Below are positions 35,798 through 48,725 of a DNA stretch of 64,000 nucleotides, piece after piece. The notes under the pieces were generated by a model. It was not told the DNA's origin. It did no database searches and saw only the letters and a program-made list of their open reading frames with translations. Origin of the DNA: Amphiscolops sp. MND2022 (lineage: Eukaryota); the NCBI GenBank assembly GCA_964187785.1, contig OZ076417.1, positions 61,008,001 through 61,072,000 of the forward strand, in the 5' to 3' direction. The position numbers and the translations under genes are program-made. The first letter of the stretch is position 1. Every line of letters begins with the position of its first letter.

Positions 35798-36162
35798 TAT
35801 TATTTGTTTGTTTTAATTCCATCTTATTTGTACTGCTGCCGCAACACTGAGTTTAACTAAAATATACATAAGAATGAGATAGGTTAGCAGGTACTTGAGA
35901 CTAATTGTATAGATTAAGTAACGTCTCATAGTTTGTCCTCTAAATTCTTCTCATTCTTCATTCCCTCCTCCATGATTGGATAGTTGTTGTCCAATTGGGG
36001 GTTCGTATTTTGTCTGTGAGCGGTGAGCCGACCCAAGCTTTGTATTGCCACGGTTTCTCCGGTCGCGTCATTTAGTATGGTACGGTCGTTGTGGAGTTCC
36101 TCCGGACAAGCTTGTTGTTTGGGTGTCTTTATTCGTTGATTGGGCTCGCTTCTTGGTTGGGC

Positions 36163-39100
36163 CTATCGACGATACTTCCTGTAATCAGAAGGCACTGGAT
36201 TATTCAGTCTAACTCTTGGGTTAGTTTTGATTAAGCGTTTTGATCTGCGTAGGTTATGTTCTTTTGTTTCTTGTTCAATTTCAATACTCGAACTAAGGTT
36301 GCTCAACAGTTTTAATTCCGAATTTTCTAGTTCATCTTTCTCTTTCTCCCCTCTTTTAGAGGATTTTATCATATTATGAGAGACCTTACCGCTAGAGTCT
36401 TTGAGATGTATTTCTGCATCTGCTTTCCTAGCGTCCTCAATAGCACGGTTGACAGCTTCGGTTGTCATATGTTCCGTCAATATAGTCATTGGTCCGAATG
36501 TTTGTGACTGGACCGTTGGTGACAATCCTCCGGGTGAGGCTGGACTTGACCGGTTTCTTACCAATTTCATGTGTCGTCCTCTTCCAATAGTACCGCTCTT
36601 CTTGGGGGTGACTGCTACCGGTGATTCCAGTTCCGTATCTTCGGATTCGCTGTCCGGATCGTGTATATTGAAGGTTCGGGAAGACTTTGTGAATCGGCCT
36701 TTCGGTCCACGTGGTCCAGTTCCTCTGTTGTTTGGCTCCTGTACTTCAGAAACTGGTTTACTTATGTTTTTTCTATGTATAATTTTGTTATCGGCCGTTG
36801 TTACGGTATGGTTTGTACCCGATATAGCTAAATAGTTTTTTTCTGTATAAGCGCTACCAAATTTTGGTTTTGTTACTTTTTTTCGTGAAAAAGGAAGGGT
36901 TAGTTACTCACTCCTTTCGCTCCTTTCTTCTGTTTCATCGGCAGTTGGTCAGAGATACCGCCAGCTCCGTTGAATGAGTACACTTGTAAGGTGTCTGGTT
37001 TGGCTAAAATACACGTTTTTGTTAGTTTTTTCAGAGCGTCCGTGTTTATTAAGTTACCGATTTCCGTGTTTGGTTCCCGACTATAGTGCAATTCAAATGC
37101 GGATTTGTTTAGTCTTGTATGGGGTGTTTTTCGCATTACGTCTAAGGCCATATCAAATGCTTCTCCGAAGCTCTCGCCCGCTTTTACGTTAGTTAGCAGA
37201 ATTTCTTTCAATGCTCTTACGCCCCGTTCCACCAGTCCGGTTGTTGTATATATGTACGGTGTTCCGTATATCAATTTTATCTGGTGACCTTTACAAAGTT
37301 TTTTATACGACCGACTTGTGAAAGCGGTTGCCTTATTTGTTCTGATTGTCTTCGGTATGCCGTTTAAATTTACGTATTATTCTAAAAATTTTACCGCCGT
37401 TTGGCTGTCCGTTGATTTACAAAAGCTAGCCGCGGGCCATTTGCTGAACCGGTCCATTGAAAGTAAGATGTAAAATCTACGGTTTCTTTCGGTAATTGGA
37501 CCGACAAAGGCCAATTGTATTTCTTCGTTTGGTTTGTTTAGCGGTGGTAGTTGATTTTTCTCCGTACTAGGTATGTTAGGTTTAATACTCTTACCGGCCA
37601 ATTTGCAGGGGACGCAGTTGTCGCACTTCTTTTGGATAGTTTCGGTAATCCGTGGCCACCAGAAGTGTCTTGCCGCCATCGACATTTTATTTATTGCTGG
37701 GTGACCCTTGTGTAAGAGTCTAATAATTGTCGTTCTTAGTTCTTTTGACACGATAATTTTATCTTCATAGAAGACCAATCCGTATCTTGAGGACAGTTTT
37801 TTCTTGTATATGGAGTTTTCTTCGAGGATGTTGTCGTGCTGTTGCCGTTCAAGGCATACCAATGTTTTGAGGAGGCTCGGGTCATTAGTGGTTTCCGTCA
37901 TTAGCAATTGTTGGTCGGTTGCAAATTGTTTTTCCGTTTCCCTGACGGCATTTCCCAGGTCCCAACAATTCTGTTCGATAGCGTCCACTCTTGGTGCGTG
38001 TCCCATCTTTATAAACTGGACACTTTTCACGCCCACGTACTTGGCCCAGTTAATTGCCGGGACCTCTAATACGGACGGGTCCTGTTCTGATCCCGATCCA
38101 ATTTTGCCTTCCTCCATCGATGTCCATTGTTGCTGTCCGGATGGCGGTGTGTTCGCTCTCGAGGTTTGTGGGCGTTGTGGACGGTCCGTCTCCCAGAAAG
38201 GGTCTACTGTCCATTGTTCGCTTCTCCTTTCTTGTGGTTGGAAGCCTTCGGGTTGGTTCACTTCACAATTTTGTAGATTTCTAATTGCGATTTGGAGTTG
38301 CTCTTCAATGATTTTTCATTCATTTCGTAAGAATATCGGTTCGTGGTATTTTTTCCAACGACCACCGGACATTCTATGCACTCCCGGTTTTACTATACCT
38401 CTCCATCGTGCGATGAGATTTATAGTTTCTGCAGAAGGATCATTTCGTTCGAGGTTGTCTATGGTGTGTGCATCCATAGTTGATTTTGAGCTATCAAATG
38501 CAGAGTATGCGCGGTTATCTGTCGGTCGGTTAAGGCAAGCAATGGCAGTTTGTTCACGCGTTTTGGAATGTTTCGGTTCGTTACGTAAGTTCTCGCGTTG
38601 TGATTGGTCGATTTGGTTGCTAAGGCAATCGAATTTGTTCATAAAGTTGAGATGCGGTGCGATATTATTGATTACGTATTCTTCGTCGTATGCGTCATCC
38701 GCTTGTGGAGGAGCGGTCGGATTTCTACTGAGATAGTCCGTGAGTGGTAAGTGTTTGCCGGCTATATGGCTTACGTTAACTGGAAAGTGAGCTAGTCGGT
38801 CCAGCCACCTTGTTAGCCCGGCGGTATACGTTTTATTCGAACGGTTGCGTTTAATTAAAGGCTCGAGTGCTTGGTGGTCTGTGAGCAGTTTTTTTGCTTT
38901 TCCGTAACTAAATAGGCGAAAATGTTCTAAGCCCCAAACCACCGCCAATAATTCCAGTTCATTGATTGCGCATTCCTTTTCCGTGTCTGAAAGGAAGCGA
39001 CTGGCGAATCCGATCGGTTTTAATTTTCTGTCCGGTTGTTCTTGCCAAAGCGTGGCTCCGAGGCCCTTTGTGCTTGCATCAGTGGTGATTACGTTTGGAT

Positions 39101-40688
39101 AGTCTGAGTTGTAATGTGCCAGACACGGTATCTCCGTGATTTCTAGATTTTCAAAGGCTATTGTGTGTTCCGTAGTCCAGTTCCAGTCATTGTCCTTTTT
39201 TAATAATTGTCTCAAAATGTCTGTTTGAGCTGAGAGATTTTCAATGTATTTGGACAGATACTGGATAGCCCCTAAACAGGACCTTAGTTCTTTATCGTTT
39301 TTTGTTTCTTTTAGTTCTTTTATCGCCAGTAGTTTGTCTTGTAACGGTCTGATACCGTTTTGGTCAATTTTGTGGCCAATCCTCTCTATTTCCGTTTTAA
39401 AAAGTTCAGATTTACTTTCGCTGAGACGGTATCCTGCGTTTTCCAATCTTGTTAACACGTCGATTAGCTCTTCCATGTGTTTTTGCTGTGAGCCTTTTGT
39501 TACTACGATTATATCGTCTAGCCACGCTGGGTGTTTATTTTCCAGTGTTTGGTCAATTTTTTTCTTGAAAAATTGTGGGGATGTCTGCCAGCCCGTAAAA
39601 ACCTTTCAGGAACCGGTAATATTCGGTGAAGTTACCACCGGTTACCGCAAATATGCATAGGTCCATTGCTCTCCTTGAGAGTTTTAGTTGGCCGTACGCG
39701 TAGTCGAGGTCGAAATTTGAAATCCAAATCTCGTTGGCTGGTCCGTCCGCTATTTTTCTGGAGATTCGGGAAATTAACTCCTCCATTTTGCATAGTGGCC
39801 CAAATTTCCGCATTTTGCGCATTTCTTTCCTCTGGCGGGGCTTTCATGCTGTTTGGACCAGTTGGGTGCACCGCATTTATTGCAATCCAGTCGTCTCGTC
39901 TTCGGGCAACGTTCGGTTTGTTCTTTATTTTTGGTTAGTTTTCTTTTGTCTACGTGTCGAATTTTCTTTTCTTCTTCTGTTTCTGGGGATTCGTTCAGTT
40001 TTTCATACATGTATTCATGTATTGCGTCTGTAATGGCTTCTATGGACATGTCACTTTTTCTGATTTTCTTTTTTAATTCGTAGTCCCCTGTGGACTTTCC
40101 TATGAGTGAAAGGAATTTTGAGGCGATAAGTTCAGCTGCTGTTATTGTCTCGAATTCGCAGTTCTTTTCGACGTCCAGTATTCTCTTCCAAATGTCTGCG
40201 GCCGTTTCGTTTGTTTCTCTTTTTAAGTCGAAGAAATCGGCTCGACTGTGTTGGACGTTTCTCTCTGGAGTGAAATGTAAACGGAATAGGGTATATAGTT
40301 TGTGTAGTGGTAAGATGCTGGGTTCGCGTTCTTTTACCGTTTTAGTCATTTCTGTTAGTGCACTTTGTCCGATTGCCCATAGGAAGGTGTCTTTTATCTC
40401 CAGTTCCAGTTGTTCTCGGTATTGTGGCAGTAATTCTTTGGAGTTTGTCATGACTGACAGATCAATATCTTTGGTCATTATGATATATTGTACAAATTTC
40501 CGCCACCAAAGATTTGCACTGGAGCTGTCGTATTTCTCTAGGCTTGGTATGGATAACTTCTGGGTACACGTCCGGTCTCCCGACCTCAGTGTCTGGTCAT
40601 TGGGTAGCGATCAGCTGCTTGTTGACTGATCGGTTACCCGATTTTGTTGGCTTCCCGTTAAATGGGAAGTATTGTTAGAGTCGTCCAT
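36163..40688 (-). pseudogene. Broken gag-pol of element C (protease and RT N-terminus deleted)
   Basis: The gag knuckle CAKCGNLGHYAK joins directly to RT MEELISRISRK at about 39786; RT, RNase H and integrase fragments match element A but carry stops and frameshifts. Confidence 0.9.
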
Positions 40689-41681
40689 ATGTAAACTGTT
40701 GTATGTTCTTTTATCAGTTAAACTGATACTGACTGCGCCATGTTGTAATGTGAAGTTACGAGAATTTAGTTTCAACAAAACTGTATTTTCTAGCTATTTC
40801 AAGCGTACTGAGTTTAACTAAAATATACATAAGAATGAGATAGGTTAACAGGTACCTGAGACTAATTATATAGATTAAGTAACGTCTCATTGTTTGTCCT
40901 CTAAACTTTGGTGCCTTGCCTCATAGTTGCCAAACTTAAAACATAACGTTTCGGGTTTTTTCATCGAAAGATTTTTCACTAAGAACGGAAATTTTAACCC
41001 AAAACCTCACAGTCTCGAGGAAAAATGACGAATGCAACCGGGGCATCATTTGTTCTAATGTTGTTTTGTAATCAAGAAACATCAAGGTTGGTTACATTAA
41101 GAAACAAATGTTTTTGTAAACTAGACGTTCAAACAGTACTGAAAAGAAATACCACACGAAAAATTTTACAAAACGCCCAGTAAAGAGTGGGTATATTCTG
41201 CTCCGAACTATTTTATCAAATACATTTTCCTGAGACTTGAGCATAGCCAATGAACTACAGACTTGCAGAAAAATCAAAACGAATTTGAACATCTTGTCAC
41301 GTTTTGATTCATTTTGTATTAGTTGTTCGAACATTACACAAAAACCTTTTTTCATACAAAGGTATGCTACGTAGCTAAGAAATTTGTCGTGGTTCACGGT
41401 GGAAACTCATGCCCACAAAGTACATGCAAAACTAATCCCAAGATTGTACAACAGACTTTTATCCCAACTCTGACAACAGAAGGTCGATAAAAGAAAATTT
41501 GACGTTTTTGGGTTCAGTTTCACTATATCAAAAAACAACATGCTTCTGTTAACAAGAGAATTGTACGTTGCCAACTTTATTGTTGGTAAACTCTTAAGAA
41601 TACTCTTCTCCACAAAAAATCCAAAAAATTTAAACAAGTTGCATAAAACATTCTACATAAAACATTTGCATAAAACGAACA

Positions 41682-42170
41682 TGTGACAAGTAAGTTGTCC
41701 CAGAAGAGTTTCTCCCCATAGAAAGCAACGGTCATATTTAGAGCCAACTGAACAAGACCTTGGGACTCTGAAGTGACTTTGTTTGTTTGTTTTCTCCGCT
41801 TAGTGCGTTTTCTCTTATGATCAGACAAGTAATGTGAGAATGTGCTAAAATTCATGTCAAGCTAGATTTATTTGTCATACAAAACCTCTAACATGGCGCT
41901 TCAGCATCAACTTCGTCATCGTTCTCGAGCTCTTCAACTACAAATTCGTCATTGGCGGGGTTGCCTCTATTCTGGCATGAAGCATCAAAGTCGCCGTCAA
42001 TGGAATTGGAGAAATGGATCGATTTCTTCGCGGTGGCGACGATGGCCAAATATTCAAAATCGATGAACGAGTTGAACAGAACGGTGGATGAGGCAAATCC
42101 GAGGTTAAATGGAACAATAGTTGGGCACGAACACAGCCTCTTCCTCTTACCCACAGCAGTATTGCAAAAT
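41682..42170 (+). mobile_element. 5' stub of a Gypsy element: 212-bp LTR + PBS + gag start
   Basis: TGTGACAAG...CTCTAACA (41682-41893), then TGGCGCTTCAGC (PBS like that of element B), then MAGLPLFW...ELEKWIDFFAVATMAKYS (gag-like). Confidence 0.6.
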
Positions 42171-45100
42171 GCAAATTTTGACACCTCCCTGATTTTTTGG
42201 TCTTTTGCAATATCAATTTTCACATCTGATTGCTAGTAAGTTTTATATAAGACTTGTAAGTTTATAAAAAGTCCTTTTTTGTGGTTATTCACAATTTTTT
42301 TTGGAAAACTCTTTTTGTTTAAAAATTTCCCCGGAGAAGAAATTGAGCTAGCATTGAGCTAAAAATTGTAAAGTGTTCAAGACCCAAGGGACTGGATGTT
42401 TTTCCTTAGAAACTTTCAAAAACATTCAAAAACGTTTCGGAGCGAAAACTCAGATTGCTCTCCATAAATCAGCTAGTTGCTCTTTGGTTGATTTAACCCT
42501 TTGTTTAACGGTATAAAGTTTCAGTGAAAGAAGTGAAATGTTTGGACTTTTTAGATTTTCGGAGTCGTTTGGTGGATTTCATCAAGGAACTTTTCTGGGG
42601 GCGACCTCGCAGAAACATCTGTGTAAATTCGTTTGCTTCCCACAAGCATCAAGTTTCTCTAACATCTCAACAGCCTCTGAAGGTCCGTCAGTAATGTATT
42701 TTGAAAAAGACTGCTCAAAAAAAACAATTATATGGGCGACTTTAAAAATCAGAAAGTGGGAATAAGATCTAACGGAATAAGATCTAAACCAATCAAATGT
42801 CTCAAATTTACATGAATGGGGTGTTCTCCGCCAATCACGAAGCGTTAGAACGAATTCCGTCCCCACTACAAAAATTGACACGAATTTTGTTACAAAACTC
42901 TATGCAAAAGCTCCAATCATCACATAAAACGCAACAAGCATAATGCAATTAAAATTGCGAGTGCCTGTGCGAAAAATGGAATACTCCATAATAGTATCGC
43001 AAAAGGAGGCCATCGTTTATAAAAAAGTGGAAAAAGAAGAAAAATTTTGATCACCGGTGATGTCTGCGCTACTCTCGTCAAAGTCATTGTAGCCACTTTT
43101 TTCAGTATCGGATTTTTGTCAACATTTCCTGAAGTTGTGCTTTTGAGCGACAGCTCGAATGCTTCTTATCACCTAATACAATTTTTTGCCTAATAGGTAC
43201 ACTTGCAGTACAAAGGTAACTCAGTCATAACTAACACGTTTCTATGTGTAGAATACTAGAATGAGCTACAAGATCAATTCCCGGAACACAATGAAATGTT
43301 TCTGCTGTCTTGTCATTCGATGACCCAAAATCGTTACTATTGTCGATCTCGACGGCAGTGAACTTGAAGACGCAGTGTAATTGATACCAACTTGGAAAAA
43401 TAAGAGCTAAATTTTGATAGATGGTCTTTCATGTTTTGACTACTTTAACCCTAAGTAGACCATCGGTACGAATTCGTACCAGTTAGTTTCTGCAGACTTC
43501 TAATTGAAGCAGCTGACCGTATGGTAAAGAAAACTCTTGAATAAGATTTTCAGACCATATTACATAGCATTCCATGCTTTTTCACGAAATATTGACATTT
43601 TTCCAGTTTTTCCACTTTTCGTTCGTGGCCACGTTTTCCCACTGGTATCAAGATTGGGTCAAAGTGCCCCTAGCATGTTTTGAAACTTGCTGAAACGCAG
43701 TCAGAAACACGAGGCGTGCAAAGTTTTGGCGCAAAGTCCGAAGTTAGCCCCAGCCCATCAGTTCAAAAAGTAAACTGAAAGCCCTGATTGTCTTTTTCCA
43801 ACGCGCTATAAATCGTTTGTCGGACTTGAAAAGGTAAGGAGAAATTGATGTTTGAATTTTAGGCACCAGAGTTTTGGATGATCCGGAAATTTCCTAGTCC
43901 AATTAAGGTTGAAAACATTGAAAAATTCGCCTGTTCAAAAAGAATATTTAAATTTGTGAAAAGGTTTCTCATTTTTCGTTCGTGATTGAGAAATGTATTT
44001 CTTAGGAGCCCCAGCATAACGATCTATAAAACGGGTAATTGTCGAAGTAGCACATCGAAAAAAAATGCCCTTCTGGACTAGCATTTCAATTATTTGATTT
44101 CCTTGAGAGAAAGATAATCTGGGCACTTTAATGTGTAACGTTGGAATTCAAATTAAAGAGCGAAATAATTTCAATTCCGGTTGTGTTTTGCATGCCAAAG
44201 TTTTGCTCCGTACCGAAAGTTTGTGAAATCATTTCAAACTTCACTAATTTTTTCACAGAGGAATGTTCTGTTCTGAAAACATTTTTGTTGCGTTCTGAAT
44301 GATATCCTGTAAGTATAATTTCTGTGATATGGTTAACATCATGGTTTGGTAAAACGTGACATGACAGTAACTTAGAATTGTAAAAGTGTGAAGAAATTTA
44401 AAAGTGCAAGAAGGGGACAGTTCAAATCGTAGAATATTCAAAGCGTCGAACACGTATTAATGTAGCGAGCATGGTATGACGTAATGGAATGAATTGATTT
44501 CGGCCAATCAAATTCGAGCATTCAAAATTACGATAACGTAGTCAGCTATGTTCACATACCCCTAGTGCCCTAAATGCAGGAGCGAAGCGAAGCGGAGCGA
44601 CGTGCCATGTGGCCATGCCTCAATGTTGCTACTTGGCGAAGGGAGCGAAGCGACCGAGCCATACAACAAATATGCTAACCTCTTCAAATTATATCCTGGA
44701 AATAATCGCTGCTATGGAATTCTTTCGACGCTTTGAATAGCTTTGATTTTTTCGACGGTTTGAATATTCTACGATTTGAATAGTCACCGTGCAAGAAGTC
44801 AACGGAAGCTTGAAAGTTGAGTTTTCCGACCAATCGACGTGCACACATTTTCGTAGCCACGCTATATATGATTATAAGCATTATAAGCAGTATGTCAATG
44901 TATTCCAATACGTATCAATGACAATCTGACGCTAAACATGCCGGACGGCTCAAGTTTGAAAAAGCAAGTTTTTTAAAGATAACTAGAATTAGTCCAAAAA
45001 TGACCAAAAAACGACCATTTTTGGACTGTTTCAGATTTTCGCAAAAACTGTCCATACATACGAGTGAAACGAAAGTTTGACAGTCATTCTTCACCATATT

Positions 45101-45357
45101 AGGGTCATAATGTGTGCAATGACATCAAAATTGTACGTTTGGGACATGAGAAACAGCCAAAAATCGTGGAAAGAATCCTGCGACAATAAAGTACATAATT
45201 TATTTTAATCAGTTTCCTACTCTTTCACCGCACATGCGGCTCTGGTTAGCAAATTTTGGTCGGGAATGAGTCTCATAGTGCCCAAAAGGTAGCTTTAAAC
45301 ACGCGAAAGGCTTTCTTTGAGCCGACAACATTAATGAAAAGTAAGTGGGTGCATATT

Positions 45358-45893
45358 CCTGGTTGGAATTGCTTGATCTTTTTACATGTTTTTGTAGGTT
45401 ACCAAGCTAATTTTTCATGATTTTATAAAATTCTCAAAGAAACGTCCATGCATTAAAACTTCACTGATTCCATTTAATTTTATCATGCTGCCTATAAGAT
45501 GCATCCTAAATTTGGCGGCAAGTTTGCACCGCAAAGTTCTGCAGGTTTCATCTAGATGCCGTTCTAATTTTGAAAGCAGCTGAGACCGTCATCACTTTCA
45601 AGGCAAATAAACTTCAGTCACATTATAAGTTTCAAAGTAGCGTCATATTCAGCGTGCTATTTGACTAACGGTTATTACATAAGGTACTTGCTTGAGAAAC
45701 TTACACGTGAAAACAAAGTGATCACAGCGGTGAAGAGGTGGAATTGTTTTCAGTTTTAATTCAAATAGTGGAGGCTGCATTGTAATACTACAAAATTTTC
45801 CATGCAGGCCCACAGAAATTTCTATGTTTTCTAAAAAATTAGCCTGCATGTTTCCATGCAGCATGAAAAATGTTCAAGCAATCTCGACTAGGG
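45358..45893 (+). mobile_element. Full-length copy of ~540-bp MITE family
   Basis: TIR pair CCTGGTTGGAATTGCTTGA / TTCAAGCAATCTCGACTAGGG; colinear with 17311-17858. Confidence 0.7.
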
Positions 45894-48149
45894 TTAGATA
45901 AAATGAATGTTTTTTGAGAAAAAACACAGTGCAAAAACATACTGAAAGTCATTTCCACATTTGGCGAGAAAACTCTCATCCATTCCACAGGCCAAAAATT
46001 TATCAATGAGGTCACTTTTTGAACACCGCAACCGTGTTATTCTTTGAGAAAACTTCAAAACCAAATTTTTGGGAAAACTTAAAAGTACAGATTTTTATAT
46101 CTTCGAGAGTTGCATTGTGCCGAAAAACCCGAATATGGCCTTCATGCTTAAAGGTTCTGTTCCTAAAAACGTTCTGTTCCTGCTAAAAATCAAAAGGGGG
46201 CCAACAATCGAATCACTTCACTTGAAAAAATTTTCGAAAAGTCGAAAAAAAAGTTGTCGAAAAAATTCAAAATGTTCCTCGGATCCCTCTACTTTTGCAA
46301 ACCTAAACAAATTTTTGGTTTAGTGTGAGACTCGAATCCACGTACTCTCGCCACCGGGACGAAAATCATCCACGTTAACTATTAGTTGAAGTGGCAGTGA
46401 GAAGTCACCCACTTTGCCATTGAAGAACTTGTTGAACAACTGTGGCTACTTCAGGTGTATCGAAACAAACTGACAAAAATTGTCATGACCACAGTCGACT
46501 CTTTTCTGAAGAAACGCGCGGACTGGAATAGATCCGAAGAAAAGATACTCTCACTGTATAGCAAGCAAAAGGTTCCAAGAATCTTTTTTTTTTAACTTAG
46601 CAACTTCAGTCGAGTTTTTTGAGATACGTCCTAATTGTTATTCCTACATGAAATGGAAGATATGATGGTAACTAGCTATTCTAATTTAGTTTTAAATACA
46701 TTTCGACGCTGATAAACATTGAGTCTAACGAGCCAGACCAGAAACGGCATGAAAAACACCCAGATCAAAGCTCAGAAATGCAAAGAGGTCCGAATAGCGA
46801 CAAGAAAAACATACATTAAGTTTTATAGCTAAATTTAGAGGTTAAAAAACAACCGAATTGGCCAGGTTCGAACACACAAACTTCTGCTTTGAAACCTCAT
46901 GCTGCAATCACTTCTTTCTCGTTCATGAAAACTCTCACCTTGACCAGAATCCAACCCAGTCCCCTATGCCTATGAAAGTCGCGCCGAAACTCTTTAGTCC
47001 AGCAATCTTCGACTTTAACTGTTTGAAAACCGGCAATAGCCTCTGTATCAGTAGTTCCATAGTTCATACAGTCACAAGTAATGTATGCCTAGCTTCGAAA
47101 GCAACCAACAATGGAATGGCAAATAATGGAATCGCAAGTTCCTGAAAAAAGAAGCTACGTGGAATTTATATTTCTTTTCTGACTATTAATAACTACCCAA
47201 TAAAATAACTATTTTTTATTGGGTATATAAATGTATGCCTGCATACAAAACCCATTCAAATATACCTTCAAATACATCAACAAGTCCATGCATTTATCGG
47301 ATAGGATACAGAAGCACTTAATTACTACAAGAACGGAAATTTATATTGAAACAAATACAAGTTATTCCCAATTTCGATTGCAACGTTTTCATGCAGAACT
47401 TTTTCAGTTTTGCTAAAAGGTATTGAGGGTTTGGGGTTGAAACTACAAGTATATGATATTTGATATAAAAATATAGATATTAACTGTACATTGAGTACTT
47501 GCACAGATACCTGGACACAACCAAAACTAATGAAACGTTGGCTTGTTCTACAAATCACTGCAAATTCAGGACTGACTCTCTTTAAACAGTATACAAAGTT
47601 CTTGCCAGTAAATGAAAAAGGGATGAAAAATTTCGGACGTATCTTTATTTTTTTTATCGTTTCCACGAAAACCACGATACAACAAAACGTACCCAGATTT
47701 TTTTGCCTTTCTTCTTTAAAGCAACATTTACTCCAAAAACCAAAGTGTTGCAAATTTCGAGGCAGTTTTCAAAAATAGTTTCAAAACTAATTTTTTATCG
47801 TTGAATTGTCAAGCTACAGGAGGAAGAAGCTCAAAACATGTCACGTTGAGTTGACTCTCATTCTCTATGGCATGACGTCACCTTATGTATTAATTTTCAT
47901 ATGTACTATAAATAGTAGTACTGACATTTTAGTACCTGCCAACACTGCTACCATTCAACATACGTATTCATTAACCTTTGAATTTGCTCATCGAATAGAA
48001 TAGAAATTACAGCACTACATTTGTTTTCATATCTTATTCCAAAGATAGAACATTCTCCTTATTGCGACATGGACCAGACGTTTGAACAAGTAGCACGACA
48101 AGGGGTGGGGGGGTTGCTGGGGTGGTTGTGTGTAAGAGTAGTGCAGTGC

Positions 48150-48329
48150 CTACAAGACGATGTCGTGTCCCAGTCGTTCTATCTCCTCCACCACGTAGAG
48201 GATGTCCTGGTGGCGACTGGCCTGGTTGGAGATGACCATCCTGAAGAAGTTGGGCGTGGCGAACAGGGGTTGGTAGCCGACCATCAGGTCACCCTTGTTC
48301 ATCATCCGCCCCTTGATGATGGGCGCCAC
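48150..48329 (-). CDS. GAD: Glutamate decarboxylase, last coding exon (59 aa + stop)
   Basis: CAG acceptor at 48332-30, then VAPIIKGRMMNKGDLMVGYQPLFATPNFFRMVISNQASRHQDILYVVEEIERLGHDIVL*. This matches the GAD C-terminus (human VAPKIKALMM...MVGYQP...NFFRMVISN...IEEIERLGQDL) better than CSAD or GADL1; GC-rich codons. Confidence 0.88.
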   Translation of the reverse strand: MAPIIKGRMMNKGDLMVGYQPLFATPNFFRMVISNQASRHQDILYVVEEIERLGHDIVL

Positions 48330-48489
48330 CTGACCAACACAAACACACACAGCTGAGAGTGAGTAGCTCCTTGGAATAATAAAACAAGACGAGAACGTCT
48401 CAAGTCGGTGCTATATCTAAGGCTCAAAAAGCGCAAAACATTTTTTTTGGAAAAAAACTTGAAATTTCCGAAAATTTTTCTCTTTCGGA

Positions 48490-48725
48490 AAATGTCGCAC
48501 AGTGCCGAAAAATGTAAAAGGGGGACCTTTGCTGATTTATAAACACGCATTCTGTAGCAAAATAACAAAAAACTCAAAGGGGGGACCCTTTGGGACATTA
48601 AAAAATTTTCGAAAGAAAAGTCGCACAGTGCCGAAAAAAATCAAAAGGGGGGACCTTGAGTCTTGGCCGGTTTTGTAGGTTACAATAAAAATGGACTAAT
48701 TGGAAGGGGGGACCCTTTGCAGTAT
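48490..48725 (+). repeat. Interspersed repeat with internal CGCACAGTGCCGAAAA and AAAGGGGGACC motifs
   Basis: CGCACAGTGCCGAAAAA occurs twice and AGGGGG(G)ACC four times within 240 bp. Confidence 0.55.

Larger units (their letters stand above)
28356..35846 (-). mobile_element. Young BEL/Pao LTR retrotransposon
   Basis: 5-bp TSD CTGAG (28351-55 and 35847-51). LTRs 28356-28683 and 35547-35846 differ at one position over ~300 shared bp; PPT-like GGGCCCGGAGGA adjoins the 3' LTR. Confidence 0.96.
28284..40923 (-). mobile_element. Ty3/Gypsy element C (same family as A), internally deleted, 3' LTR interrupted by a BEL element
   Basis: 5' LTR 40741-40923, PBS TGGCGCAGTCAGTATC (40740-40725, tRNA-Ser-like), broken gag and pol ORFs at 36163-40688 homologous to element A, PPT 35961-35971, 3' LTR split into 35847-35960 and 28284-28355. 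Confidence 0.92.

Noticed and set aside
37804-38736. 310-aa plus-strand ORF and the many other 60-180-aa ORFs overlapping gag/pol regions
   Set aside because: These are antisense or alternate-frame shadows of retroelement coding sequence with no recognisable motifs.
44560-44670. Helentron/HINE-like GAGCGAAGCGA motifs
   Set aside because: The motifs are suggestive, but I could not define termini or an insertion site.
46321-46920. tRNA-derived SINE heads (B-box-like GTTCGA at ~46330, ~46865; also ~15940, ~53298)
   Set aside because: The B-box-like cores lack clear A boxes, tails or TSDs; too degenerate to call without a consensus.
1-47000. Uni-strand piRNA-cluster-like locus
   Set aside because: Element orientations are mixed (A, B, solo LTR and stub plus; C and BEL minus), so there is no strand bias to support it without small-RNA data.
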